Assembly: GCF_009914755.1 (NCBI RefSeq)
Contig: NC_060947.1
Source: the human T2T-CHM13v2.0 reference genome, Homo sapiens
Length of the DNA: 64,000 nt
Reading direction: 5' to 3' (one strand)
The position numbers and the translations under genes were made by a program. This document shows, one piece after another, positions 14,045 through 28,200 of this stretch. The notes beneath the pieces are model-generated. The model worked only from the letters and a program-made list of their open reading frames with translations, searched no databases and had not been told where the DNA came from. The stretch's first letter is position 1; the number at the start of each line of letters is the position of its first letter.

Positions 14045-15700
14045 CAAAAGACCAAGAATACCCAAATCTATCTTGAACAAAAAGAACAAAATGGAAGAAT
14101 CCCGTTACATTACCTGATTTCAAATTATACTACAAAGATATATTAACCAAAACATCATGGTACTAGAATTAAAATAGACACATAGACCAATGAAACACAA
14201 TACTGAACCCCAAAATAAATCCGTACATCTACAGTAAACTAGTTTTTGACAAAAGTATGAAAAACATACATTGGGAAAACAACAATCTCTTCAATGAAAG
14301 GTGCTGGGAAAACTGGATATCCATATGCTGAAGAATAAACTGAGACTTCTGTCTCCCACCATATAAAATCAAATTAAAATGGATGAAATACTTAAATTTA
14401 AGACTTCAAACTCTGAAGCTACTACAAGAAAACTTTGGGGAAACTCTTTAGTACATTGGTCTGGGTGAGAATTTATTGAGTGATACCCCACGAGCACAGA
14501 CAACAAAGCAGAAATGGACAAATTGGATCACATCAAGTTAAATTGCTACTGCAGAGCAAAATAAACAATCAACAATTGAAAAGATAACCCACAGAATGGG
14601 AGAAAATATTTGCAAACTATCTGGCAAGGGATTAATAGGCAGAATATACAAGAAAGTCAACAACTATATAGAAAAAAATCTAAAGATCTGATTTTTAAAT
14701 GGTCAAAAATCTGAATAGACATTTCTCAAAAGAAGACATAGAAATGGCAAATAGGCATACGAAAAAGTGCCCAAACTCAGTGATCTTCAGAGAAATGTAC
14801 ATCAAAACTACAACGAGATATATCACCCTGGTTAAAATGGTACTTATCCGAAAGACAGGCGATAACAAATGCTCCTGAGGGTGTGGAGAAAAGGGAACCA
14901 TCATACTTGCTTGTTGAGACTGTAAATTAGTACAACCACTGGAAGACAATTAGGAGGTTCTTCAAAATACTAAAAATAGAGGTACCATATGTTTCAGCAA
15001 TCCTGCTGCTAGGTATATTCTGAAAAGACAGGACATCAGTATGTAGAAGAGATATCTGCATGCCCAAGTTTTCTGCAGCACTGTTCACAATAGCCAATAT
15101 TTGGAAGCTACCTAAGTGTCCATCAGCAGATGAATGGATAATGGAAATGTGGTACATATAGACAATGGAGAACTATTCAACCACAAAATGATATTCTCTC
15201 ATTTGCAACAATATGGATGAAATTGGAAGTCATTATGTTAAGTAAAATAAGCCAGACACAGAAAGACAAATGTTGTATGTTCTGACATATTTGTGGGAAC
15301 TAAATATTAAAGCAACTGAACTTATGGAGATTGAGAATATAATAATGGTGACCAAAGGCTAGGAAGGGTAGTTGAGGGGGAAAGAGAGAATAATGAATGG
15401 GTACAAAAATCTAGTCAGAATAAATAAGATCTAGTATTTGATAGCAGAACAGGGTGACTACAGTCAACATTAATTTATTGTATAATTTAAAAACAACTAA
15501 AACAGTATAATTGGATTATTTGTACAAAACAAAATAAGATAAATCATTGAGATGATGAATACCCCATTTATCCTGATGTGATTATTACCCATTGTATGCC
15601 TGCATGAAAATATCTTACATATCCCATGTGTACCTACAAAAATTAAAACTAAAAACCTACTATATACCCATAAAAATTAATGATAAAAACGAATTTATAA
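14045..15700 (+). mobile_element. L1MA2-3-type 3' portion with tail
   Basis: ORF2 C-terminus and 3' UTR (ataccccatttatcctgatgtgattattaccc...cccataaaaattaa). Confidence 0.85.
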
Positions 15701-17535
15701 AATAAAACAATTCCATTTAAGTAAGGTAACATGAAAAAATAATAAAATATATAGGAATAAACTTAACCAAGAGGTGAAAGACTTGTATACTTAAAACCAC
15801 AAGGCATTGATAAAATAAATTAATGAAGACACAAAAGAATAGAAAAACATCTTAGATTTATGTATTGAAAGACTTTGTATTGTTAAAATGTCTATGCTAT
15901 TCAAAGCAATGTGCAGATTCAATGGAATCATTGTCAAAATTCCAAAGCATTTTTACAGAATTAGAAGAACAAATAGTCTTAAGATTCACATGGAATCATA
16001 AAAGACCCCAAATAGAAAAAGAAAAGTATTGAAAAAACAAGCTGGAGGCATCACATTTTCTGATTTTACAATATATGACAAAGTAATTAAAACAGTATGG
16101 CACTGGCATAAAAATAAACACATAGACCAGTGGAACATAATAGAAAATCCAGAGTAAGGAAACATGCACATTGAGTCAATTGATTTTTGACAAGCATGCC
16201 AAGGATACAGAATGACAAAACTAGAAACTTTAACAAATGATGTTGGAACAATTGATGGGCACAAGTAAAAAAAGAAAGAAAAACTAATTAGACGTTTTTC
16301 TCACACCACACACAGAAATCAATTCAAAATGTATTAAAGACTTTAAAAAATATGAAAATATATAACTCCTTGAAGGAAACGTAGGGAAAATCTTCATTGA
16401 TGCTGGTCTCAGCAATTATTTATTGGATATGACACCAAAAGCACAAACAAAAAGAAGTAAAAATAGATAAATAAGATTATATCAAACTACAATGCTTCTG
16501 CACAGCGATGGAAACATTCAAACAAGTGAAAAAGCTGCCTACAGAACAGGAAAAACCTTTTTCAAGCCATAAATCTGATAAGAGCTTAATATCCAAATTA
16601 TATAACTAATTCTTACAAGTCAATAGCCAAAAAGAAAAAAAATTGGGAAAATGAATTTAATAAGGGTTCACCCAAAGAAGACATACAAATGGCTTACAGG
16701 TATACAAAAAGATTTTCAACATCTCTAGTCATCAGAAAACGCAAATAAAATCAAAATGAGTTATCACTTCATATCTGTTAGGGGACTGTTATCCAAAACT
16801 CAAAAGATAGCAAGTGTTGGTAAGGATGGGGAAAAATTAAAACCATTGTACACTGTTGATTGAAATGAATTTTGGTGCTGCTGCTGGGGCAAATGGTATT
16901 CAGATTTCCTAATAACTAAAAATGGAATTACTATATTGTCCAGAAATCCTACTTCTGCACAACAATGGAAACAATCCATTGAAATATAAATTTCAAAATA
17001 ATCAAAATAAGTATACTAAAGACATATCTGCTCTCCCATGATTTATTGCATCATTATTCACATTAGCCAAGATGTAGAAACAACCTAAAAGTCTACTGAT
17101 GGATAAATGGATAGAGAAAATGTAACATATACATACAATGGAATATTACGAAGCCTTTATAAATAAAAAAGTCTTTCTATACATGACAACATGGATAAAT
17201 CTGGAGGATATTTTATTAAGTAAGATAAGCCAGTCACAGAAGGATAAATTCTGCATAATTCCATTTTTATTAGATACTTACATTGTTTTATTGGGCATCT
17301 AAACTAGTGAAACTCATAGAAACAGAAAGTAACGTGGTATTGTCAGGAGCTGTGGGGAGAAAAAATGGGGAGTTGTTGTTCAACATGTATAAATTTTCAG
17401 TTATATAAGATGAATAATTCTAGAAATCTGATAAACAACATTGTGTTTATATTTAACAGTTCTGTGTGTGCACTTAACATTTGGTTAAGGGGGGAGACTC
17501 AACTGTTTTTACCACCATAAAACAATAAAATAAAA
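15701..17535 (+). mobile_element. Older L1MA8-9-type 3' portion
   Basis: ORF2 end and 3' UTR (ggggagttgttgttcaa...ttcagttatataagatgaataattctagaaatctg), followed by an A-rich end. Confidence 0.82.
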
Positions 17536-17639
17536 GCAATGAAACAGCACCCAACCACAGTGCCCTTCTACACACACTCATGAGTACCCTAAGAATAATA
17601 AATGATTGACACCATTAATATTTTAAATTATACTAAATG

Positions 17640-17800
17640 TGGCATGGTTTACAAGAAAGAGAATCATCTTTGAAATCATACATGCTCTGCTCCCAATCTT
17701 GGCACCACCACTTGTTAGCTGCATGATATTAGGCTACTAAGTTTAAGCTCTCTGAGACTCAGTCTCTTCTGCATAGTGGATTCTGTAACTGTCGAATGGC
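17640..17800 (+). mobile_element. MIR SINE
   Basis: Core-like ccacttgttagctgcatgatattaggc...tttaagctctctgagactcagtctc. Confidence 0.6.
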
Positions 17801-17847
17801 TTCATTGAAATTCATGCTTATGAAATTATGGTATAGTATAAGAAATA

Positions 17848-19167
17848 TGGCAAACCTAATCCAGCAACATATCAAAATTTTATCTACCATGATTAAGTTG
17901 TTTTCATCCCTGGGTGGGATGCAAGGCTGGTTCAACATACACAAATCAATAAACGTAATTTATCACATTAAGAGAACTAAAGACAAAAAACACATTATTA
18001 TTTCAATCGACCCAGAAAAGGCCTTCAATAAAATTCAAAATCCCTTCATGTTAAAAACTCTCAATAAACTTGGTATTGATGGAACATACCTCAAAATAAT
18101 AAGAGCCATTTACAACAAACCCACGGCCAATATCATACTGAATAGGCAAAAGCTGGAAGCATTCCACTTGAAAATTGGTACAAGACAGGTTTGCCCTCTC
18201 TTATCACTCATATTCAACATTGTATTGGAAGATCTGGCTAGGGCAATCAGACGAGAAAGAAATAAAAGGGTATTAAAATATGAAGAGATAAAGTCAAACT
18301 GTTTGCAGATGACATGATCCTCTATCTAGAAAACCCCATCGTCTTAGCCCAAAAGCTTTTTAAGCTGATAAACGACTTCAAAAAAGTCTCAGAATACAAA
18401 ATCAACATGCTGAAATCACAAACTTTCCTATTCACCACTAATAGACAAGCAGAGAGCCAAATAGTGAATGAAATTTTATTCACAATTGCTATAAAGAGAA
18501 TAAAATACCTAGGAATACAACCAACAAGGGAAGTGAAGGAACTCTTCAAGGAGAGCTAAAAACCACTACTCAAGGAAATCAGAGAGAACACAAACAAATG
18601 GAAAAATATTCCATACTCATGGATAGAAAGAATCAATATCGTGAAAATGGCCATATTGCTAAGTTATTTATAGATTCAATGCTATTTGCATTAAATTACC
18701 ATTGACATTCTTTACAGAATCAGAAAAAACTACTTTAAAATTTAAATGGAGCCAAAAATGAGCCCATATAGTCAAGATAATCCTAAGCAAGAAGAAAAAG
18801 CTAGAGGCATCATGCTACCTGACTTCAAACTATGCTGCAAGGCTACAATAACCAAAACATCATGGTACTGGTGCAAAACCAGACACATAGACCAATGGAA
18901 CAGAATAGAGAACTCAGAAATAAGACTGCACAACTACAACTATCTGATTTACAACAAACCTGACTAAAACAAGCAATGGGGATAAATTCCCTATTTAATA
19001 AATGGTACCAGGAGAACTGGCTAGCCATATGCAGAAAATTGAAAATGAACCACTTCTTTACATTTTATACAAAAATTAACCCAAGATGGATTAAAGACTT
19101 AAATGTAAAACTCAAAATTGTATAAACCTTAGAAGAAAACCTAAGCAATATCATTCAGGATATAGGC
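17848..19167 (+). mobile_element. Older L1PA ORF2 internal fragment (RT region)
   Basis: ORFs 17796-18317 and 18314-18559 translate as ORF2p ([15 protein letters not shown]; IKYLGIQ), with stops and frameshifts. Confidence 0.9.
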
Positions 19168-19710
19168 AATGGAACAGAACAGAGCCCTCAGAAATAATGC
19201 CACATATCTACAACCATCTGATCTTTGACAAACCTGACAAAAACAGGAAATGGGGAAAGGATTCCCTATTTAATAAATGGTGCTGGGAAAACTGGCTAGC
19301 CATATGTAGAAAGCTGAAACTGGATCCCTTCCTTACACCTTATACAAAAATTAATTCAAGATGGATTAAAGACTTAAATGTTAGACCTAAAACCATAAAA
19401 ACCCTAGAAGAAAACCTAGGCAATACCATTCAGGACATAGGCATGGGCAACGACTTCATGACTAAAACACCAAAAGCAATGGCAACAAAAGCCAAAATTG
19501 ACCAATGGGATCTAATTAAACTAAAGAGCTTCTGCACAGCAAAAGAAACTACCATCACAGTGAGCAGGCAACCTACAGAATGGGAGAAAATTTTTGCAAT
19601 CTACTCATCTGACAAAGGGCTGATATCCAGAATCGACAAAGAACTCAAACAAATTTACAAGAAAAAGACAACCCCATCAAAAAGTGGGTGAAGGATATGA
19701 ACAGACACTT
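19168..19710 (+). mobile_element. Young L1PA (about PA3-5) ORF2 fragment with no 3' UTR
   Basis: The 164-aa ORF 19197-19691 is close to consensus ORF2p ([39 protein letters not shown]). Confidence 0.9.
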
Positions 19711-21199
19711 TAGTACCTTTAACATGCTGTGGTTTTCTTGTTTGTTTGTTTGTTTTCTATAATACTACGGTTTTATATGCATGACTTTCAATTAGGCCGT
19801 TTTAGAAATGTCACAGAAATGAATCTAGAGAAGGTTGAGAGATAAAACCAGGGATGTAGGATTAAGATGAACACTAAATTTACAAGTACTTTGTGTATTA
19901 TCACTAAAAAGCCCAAAACTTCTGAAGTATAGCCTTCTTTTAGAATCAAATTCTACTATAGTGTACTGACAATTAGCCATGTCCCAGTGAAATTCTTAAC
20001 GAGTACCTAAATCCAGGGTCTCTTATTGTGTCTTTCATTTTTATAACCTGTGCCTCTCATTCAGGAAATTGTAATGTAGATAATACATACATAACTGCAT
20101 CTGTCATGCAACACCATTCTTTAGAATGCAGTATAAGGTTCACATCTCCCTGAAAGCTTTTCATGATTAACATCTTTTTTTCTAGAAATTGCCAAGAAAG
20201 AACGCCATATGATCTTTCATCATAGGTATTAATCATCTTAAGACAGGATCAATCAACTGTGGTATCTTCCCTCCACAAAAAAATCGCAAAACTTTGACTT
20301 CCATGTGTATTCCATGTGCCATATCACACTCATGCCTTTATAAAATACATGTGTATAATTCCTACTCTGTACTCCCTTTGCCTGTTGATAGTACTTTTAA
20401 TTACTTTGTCTGATATAGATTGGGTATTCAACGGTCTTTTCTATAAGAATTATACGAAACTTGACGGCAGGCATTAAGTCCTAAAACCATGGGAGATCGC
20501 TTTCTTTTAGGCAATATCTGAATATTTTCAAACATTTAGTCTCATAATATGTATAAATTTAACTGACATTACCACTGCCCACTACAAATCAAAGCAATAT
20601 TTCACTCAGCCAACTGACATTTTTTATGGAATTATTAAATTCTGTCTTTGATGGTTCACAAAGAACAGAATTTTTTGTCGTAGGATATTTTAAAATATAC
20701 ATTTCTAAGGTGTATACTTCTCTGACTATGTTTAGGAAAACTTTATGATTTTTTGCATCATTCTTAGTTCATCAAGTAATGAACACACTTACACTAACCC
20801 AGTATTTGTGTTTCCTAACATTAACAAATGACTATCAACTTTTACGTATTTAGGCATATATTTCTTTTTGTGTTTGGAACTCCAACACATAGTTATACAC
20901 ATACAGGGATCACTGTGGACACTGGTGAAATATGTTCTCACAGTTCACAAAAGCCAACACATGATGAGTAGCACCAGAAAGAATTGGTTAAAAAATATAA
21001 AGCATCTTCCTCTTGTACAAAGTCATATAGAACTGCAACAAGGTGTCCTCTTCTAGTTATTGTGCTTCTGCATCCAAAGCAATGTAATGAAACAGGAACA
21101 GAACAGGTATAATGATCAAGAGGATAACACAGATACAGGATAAGAACAAACATGGTACTGGTACTGTTTTTCAGGAAAAGATTCAATACACATGTATTA

Positions 21200-21460
21200 A
21201 ATATAATTGGATTGTATAAAATTAGTTATTAAGAAGGTGAACAAGCCAAGAAAAGGCAAAAATAATCCATGGTGATAGAAGTCAAAACAGTGAGCGCTTT
21301 TGTGGAGGAGGGAATTAACTGAAAAATAAGCACGAGGAAATTTAGCAGCTAAATAAATGTTTTAGTCAAGTGTTAGTAGCACAGGTGTATATATTTGTTT
21401 AGACTCATTGACCATAAACTCTGTGCATTTTCCTGTTTGAGATTTTGCCTCACTGAAAAA
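21200..21460 (+). mobile_element. L1ME-type 3' UTR fragment
   Basis: aggcaaaaataatccatggtgatagaagtcaaaacagtg ... ctgtgcattttcctgt. Confidence 0.6.
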
Positions 21461-21660
21461 GAATGAAAAAATTGAATAGCCTGAAACACACTTATTCACC
21501 AAATATAAATGTTCCAGGACATTGGATCATTCCCTTCAGACTTTATTAAACAATAATTTTCAGGACAAATAAAGAAAGCTTTGCTACATATGGGCTAGAA
21601 TAAATATATAAGGCATGTGGCAGGCCTTATCCTACAGTTTGGAAATGGAAACATTTTCTA

Positions 21661-21740
21661 TTAGGTTGGTGCAAATATAACTGTGGCTTTTCCCTTTAAA
21701 AGTAATGGCAAAAACCACAATTACTTTTGCACCAACCGAA
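21661..21740. mobile_element. MADE1 (Hsmar1-derived MITE), 80 bp
   Basis: Inverted termini ttaggttggtgcaaa...ttttgcaccaaccgaa. TA TSD at 21659-21660 and 21741-21742. Confidence 0.93.
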
Positions 21741-22676
21741 TACTTTGAAAGGTCTGGATTTATTTTACAATGAAGGGGAGAAAATATTGATATTGAAAGT
21801 AATTTATTTTCTATTAGGTTCAAGTAGCATTTTAGTCTATCCTTCAAAGTTTATGATCTGTAACCTCTCCTCCACAAACTAGTTTCCACATAAAAGGTTA
21901 TTATCCTGTGCCTTTCCAGACAAACACTATTTAGAACTTCTGATATAGCTTACAAATAAATGCAGAGCAGGTGATTTCAGAAAGATAGAGTTTGGTCATT
22001 TTGTAATTTTTGCGCAAAAAAACCTCCACTAAAAATACTATGGATTTAAAAACCGTACAGAAAAGAACAATCATAATGAATAAAGCTATAAAGAATAATC
22101 CTTATAAGTAAGACCTAAAGGTTTGGAATATCCTTAACTGTAATATAAAATTTGGGGCTAGGGAACAATTTGTTAAAGCATGAAGTATTACAACCGAATT
22201 TTTCTGAATCTGTCCTAAATTAGAACAAAACCCTGAATATGAGGACTGTGACACTATTTTAAAAATGTTACTAATGAGAAAGAACAAATATCTCCTCTGT
22301 TAACATTTAAAACTAGAGATAACAATTCTATGTCTAGGATGTTCATAACAACATTTTTGAAGATATACAATGAGATGATTTCTAGGGGGATCTTATTAGC
22401 TTTATGATTCAATGATTCTAACAAAATGATCACTAAGTGCATACAACTTAACAAGTAAAGGCATTTCTTACTAGAAAATTATAATACTTAAATACTGAAA
22501 TTATTTTGAGGTATAGTAAATTATTTTAAGTCCCCTATCACCCTACAGAAGTTTATTTACAAGCTAATTCTATTTCATTTTAGTCTAAAAGATTAAGACC
22601 AATTTTACATTATTTCTTATCATACTCAATTCACTCACTATAAGCAATAATATACCCTCATTAATTTTTAAAAATA

Positions 22677-22741
22677 TATATACTTTAAGAATTCCGATTC
22701 ATAGTTTAATATATTTTAAGAATTCTGATTCATAGTTTAAT
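22677..22741. repeat. ~31-bp tandem duplication
   Basis: tttaagaattc(c/t)gattcatagtttaat occurs twice. Confidence 0.85.
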
Positions 22742-22869
22742 TGAATATCTTCATGTTTGCTTTGATCAAATGATTCTAAAGCACATTTAGTATTAGATCA
22801 CTTAACCTAATTATATGTCAAGAAATTTAAATTTTGAGAGACAATCAAAACCCAGACAGAGAAATGAAA

Positions 22870-23920
22870 AAAAAGTAAATATACACTTCAGAGAAAAATA
22901 TGTAAATTGGCTCTTAAATATACAAAAATAGGTTCAAATTCATTTATACGAAGAAAAATGCAAACTGAAACAACACTGAAATACTACTTCTTACATAGGA
23001 GATTGATGATAATTTAAAACTATGAAAACAAATTCTGTTGGTGAAGCTGTAGGAAGGCAAGTGATTTTGATTACTGTTGGTGGGAAAGAAAAGAAATACA
23101 CCATTTCAGGAGGAAAATTTGACAATGCCTGAGGAGACTACAATGTTTAGCCCTTTTACCAAGAAATTTTAGTTTTAGGAATTTTCCTTGAAATACATAA
23201 ATCAGACAATATGAAAATGAGTATGCACAATGATACTCATCGCAAAGTTGTTTGTGATTTTAAAAAATATGAGAGAAAAATTTCCACATGGGAGAATAGT
23301 TGAATTAATTTTAGTATATCCTCAAAATGCATTATTATGCAGTTGTAAAATAAGAATGAGAAATATCTTTATGAGTGTACACTGGGAAGTTCCAGGTATA
23401 TGATAAGTGAAAAAGACAACATGCAGAAAGTATCTAGAAAGAAAGCATATTTCATAAGGAGGTTGTATAAGAAAATATTCATATAGTAGTTATCGTGCAA
23501 AAATATAATGCAGATGGACAAGCCAGAAATTAAAGAGATAAGTTACCTAACCTGGGCTAGGTGGCAACAGGGTGGAAATATTGGGGATTGTGAAAAAGAT
23601 TTAAAGAATAAAAGTGGGGGAATAATATGTCGCTGAGTATTATTTTTTATGTAGTTTGACTTTCAGAGCAATGGTAATATTTCAAAAACACAAAAAGTAA
23701 ATAAACAATCAAAATCAATCAGCATGGAGGAAACCCAAAATGAAATAAAAACAGCAAAAGAAGTAATTAACTGTATTGTGAGCAGTATGAGCACACTGAA
23801 GATAGAAGAAAAATAGTTAACCTAGGTAACATTGGAAAACAAAATTCAATTATATAAAATAAGAATACTGACAAAAAGTACTAGGCAAAAATGTGTTCTC
23901 TGGTTTTTAAGTGTGTTTCC
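22870..23920 (+). mobile_element. Old L1M (L1MC4-like) 3' region, outermost layer of the nest
   Basis: aaatgcaaactgaaacaacactgaaatac and downstream 3' UTR motifs. Appears to resume near 38640. Confidence 0.6.
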
Positions 23921-23924
23921 TTAT

Positions 23925-24650
23925 TTTCATTATTTTATTTTTAACAGCTTTAACAAGACGTAGTTCAAATATCAAAATGTAGGCATAAAGGGGTACAACT
24001 CAAAAATATTACTAAGCAAATTTGTTTACTCACAGCATTGTACAATCATTATAACAATATAATTTAAAAGCATTTCCATTACCACCAAATTAAATATTAT
24101 TCTCACTAACAGTCACCTCTACCATCTCATCCAGCCCTAGGTAAGCACTATTCTACTTATTACCTCTACTGATTAGCCTGTTCTGTACATTTCTTACAAA
24201 CTGAATAACACAGTTTATGACTTCCATTACTTAGTCCAATGTTTTCAGTGTTCAGCCATATTTGAGCAGGAATCAAACATCATTTCTTTTTATAGTCGTT
24301 ATACTTTTTTAGGACCATTGTGAATGTGTGTGCACATGCAAACACACACACACACATTGTTAACTATCAGCCAATGAACATATGAATTGCTTCTACCTTT
24401 TGACTAGAAAAAAATAGTATTACTATTAATATTTGTGTGAAAATTTTTGGGCAGACATATATTTTAATTTATATTGGATATATATTTAAGAGTAAAATTG
24501 CTGGGTCATACGATAACTATAAGTTTAACCTTTTTAGTAACTGTCGGATATTTTCCAAAGCAGCTACAATAGTTTACGTTTCCACCAACAATGTATGGTA
24601 GTTCCAATTTTTTCACATCTTCATCCGCATTTGTTACTGTCTTTTTTTTT
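23925..24650 (-). mobile_element. L1MB-type 3' end
   Basis: tttaacagcttt...ccagccctaggtaagcacta...aattgctgggtcata...tttccaccaacaatgtat. Confidence 0.75.
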
Positions 24651-24664
24651 TCTTGGAAACAAAA

Positions 24665-25427
<763 letters not shown>

Positions 25428-25626
25428 TGTATTTACAGCAGTCAGAGTTCTCCAAAGAAACAAAACCAATATTAGTTATATATCTATATCTATCTATCTA
25501 TATATACAAAATAGGTTCAAATTCATTTATACTAATGATCTATCTATCAATCTGTTTATCTGTCTATCTATCTATCTAATAAATCTCCAGAGAATTATGC
25601 TGAATGAAAAACAGCCACAATATATA

Positions 25627-26255
25627 TGTTGTGGGGGTCAAAAGAAAGCTTCCCCTCTGCCCTCTAAAGGTTTGCTGAAAATGAACTGACAATAGGCAGA
25701 TTCATAGGAGAAAAGGCATAAAAATTTATGTAATGTGCATAAGCATGAGGAGATTGAAGGAGAATAATTATGGAATGAGCCAGTTAGGTCCAAATCCTTT
25801 TGTATGCCCTTCTTCATAACAGAAGAGGAGATGGGGAAAATGTGACCATTTTGTAAGGGGTAATAATGACTTTTAGGTGGAATAATTAAACCCAATGCTC
25901 AGACAATGATTAGTAAATAATTCTCTTTATGTATTATATGAAACCTGAGACAAAGTTCATCTGGGCTCTAGGTGTAGGATTTAAATTTCAGTCTCTTGCT
26001 CTGTGATATGATTTGTAATATTCTCTGGTTAATAAAGTTTCAGAAGAGAATCAAAAGTAATTGTCTTCCTCTTTAGCAGGTCTAGTTTCTAAGTGGATAT
26101 GGGAGCTTCAGAAAAGAGCCTCATCCTGTGCATGGGGAGAGATAGAGGATTGAGAGACAGAAGTCAGGGAAAAGGTCAGAAAGACCTTGAGGGAACTTCT
26201 TTAGTTATCATGTCAAACTACCACTTCTTAGGATACCAATTTCTGAGCCCCAACA
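25627..26255 (-). mobile_element. ERV1-class solo LTR, MER31/MER67-like
   Basis: TG...CA termini. The minus strand starts tgttggggctcagaaa. Flanked by atata on both sides. Confidence 0.7.
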
Positions 26256-26311
26256 ATATATAAATTTGAATATTATATTTATTATATATAATAAATATAT
26301 AAACCTACATA

Positions 26312-28200
26312 TTGTATATCTATATTATATACAGATACAGAATACCTATTATCTATATTATATACAGATATAGAATATCTATTATCTATATTATATACAG
26401 ATATAGAATATCTATTATCTATATTATATACAGATATAGAATATCTATTATCTATATTATATACAGATATAGAATATCTATTATCTATATTATATACAGA
26501 TATATGATATCTATTATCTATATTATATACAGATATATGATATCTATTATCTATATTATATACAGATAATATCTATTATCTATATTATATACAGATAATA
26601 TCTATTATCTATATTATATATAGATAATATCTATTATCTATATTATATATAGATAATATCTATTATCTATATTATATATAGATAATATCTATTATCTATA
26701 TTATATATAGATAATATCTATTATCTATATTATATATAGATAATATCTATTATCTATATTATATATAGATAATATCTATTATCTATATTATATATAGATA
26801 ATATCTATTATCTATATTATATATAGATAATATCTATTATCTATATTATATATAGATAATATCTATTATCTATATTATATATAGATAGTATCTATTATCT
26901 ATATTATATATAGATAGTATCTATTATCTATATTATATATAGATAATATCTATTATCTATATTATATATAGATAATATCTATTATCTATATTATATATAG
27001 ATAATATCTATTATCTATATTATATATAGATAATATCTATTATCTATATTATATATAGATAATATCTATTATCTATATTATATATAGATAATATCTATTA
27101 TCTATATTATATATAGATAATATCTATTATCTATATTATATATAGATAATATCTATTATCTATATTATATATAGATAATATCTATTATCTATATTATATA
27201 TAGATAATATCTATTATCTATATTATATATAGATAATATCTATTATCTATATTATATATAGATAATATCTATTATCTATATTATATATAGATAATATCTA
27301 TTATCTATATTATATATAGATAATATCTATTATCTATATTATATATAGATAATATCTGTTATCTATATTGTATAAGATAGATAATATCTGTTATCTATAT
27401 TGTATAAGATAGATAATATCTGTTATCTATATTATATATAGATAGATAATATCTGTTATCTATATTATATATAGATAGATAATATCTGTTATCTATATTA
27501 TATATAGATAGATAATATCTGTTATCTATATTATATATAGATAATATCTGTTATCTATATTACATATAGATATATAATATCTGTTATCTATATTACATAT
27601 AGATATATAATATCTGTATCTATATTACATATAGATATATAATATCTGTTATCTATATTACATATAGATATATAATATCTGTTATCTATATTACATATAG
27701 ATATATAATGTCTGTTATCTATATTACATATAGATATATAATGTCTGTTATCTATATTACATATAGATATATAATGTCTGTTATCTATATTATATATAGA
27801 TATATAATATCTATGATATGCTACATATAGATATATAATATCTATGGTATGCTACATATAGGTATATAATATCTATGGTATGCTACATATAGGTATATAA
27901 TATCTATGGTATGCTACATATAGGTATATAATATCTATGGTATGCTACATATAGGTATATAATATCTATGGTATGCTACATATAGGTATATAATATCTAT
28001 GGTATGCTACATATAGGTATATAATATCTATGGTATGCTACATATAGGTATATAATATCTATGGTATGCTACATATAGGTATATAATATCTATGGTATGC
28101 TACATATAGGTATATAATATCTATGGTATGCTACATATAGGTATATAATATCTATGGTATGCTACATATAGGTATATAATATCTATGGTATGCTATATAT
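26312..28200. repeat. AT-rich compound minisatellite (33-, 29-, 32/33- and 31-bp unit blocks)
   Basis: 29-mer ataatatctattatctatattatatatag (about 27 copies) and 31-mer tatctatggtatgctacatataggtatataa (about 12 copies). Low-complexity TA continues to ~28500. Confidence 0.97.

Noticed and set aside
20960-21060. C-box-like ATGATGA suggesting a C/D snoRNA
   Set aside because: No D box (CTGA) or terminal stem at a suitable distance.
26312-26569. Repetitive ORF (YRYRISIIYII)n
   Set aside because: Translation of the 33-bp minisatellite.
26312-28200. CRISPR-like periodic array
   Set aside because: Head-to-tail units with no unique spacers, in a eukaryotic context.
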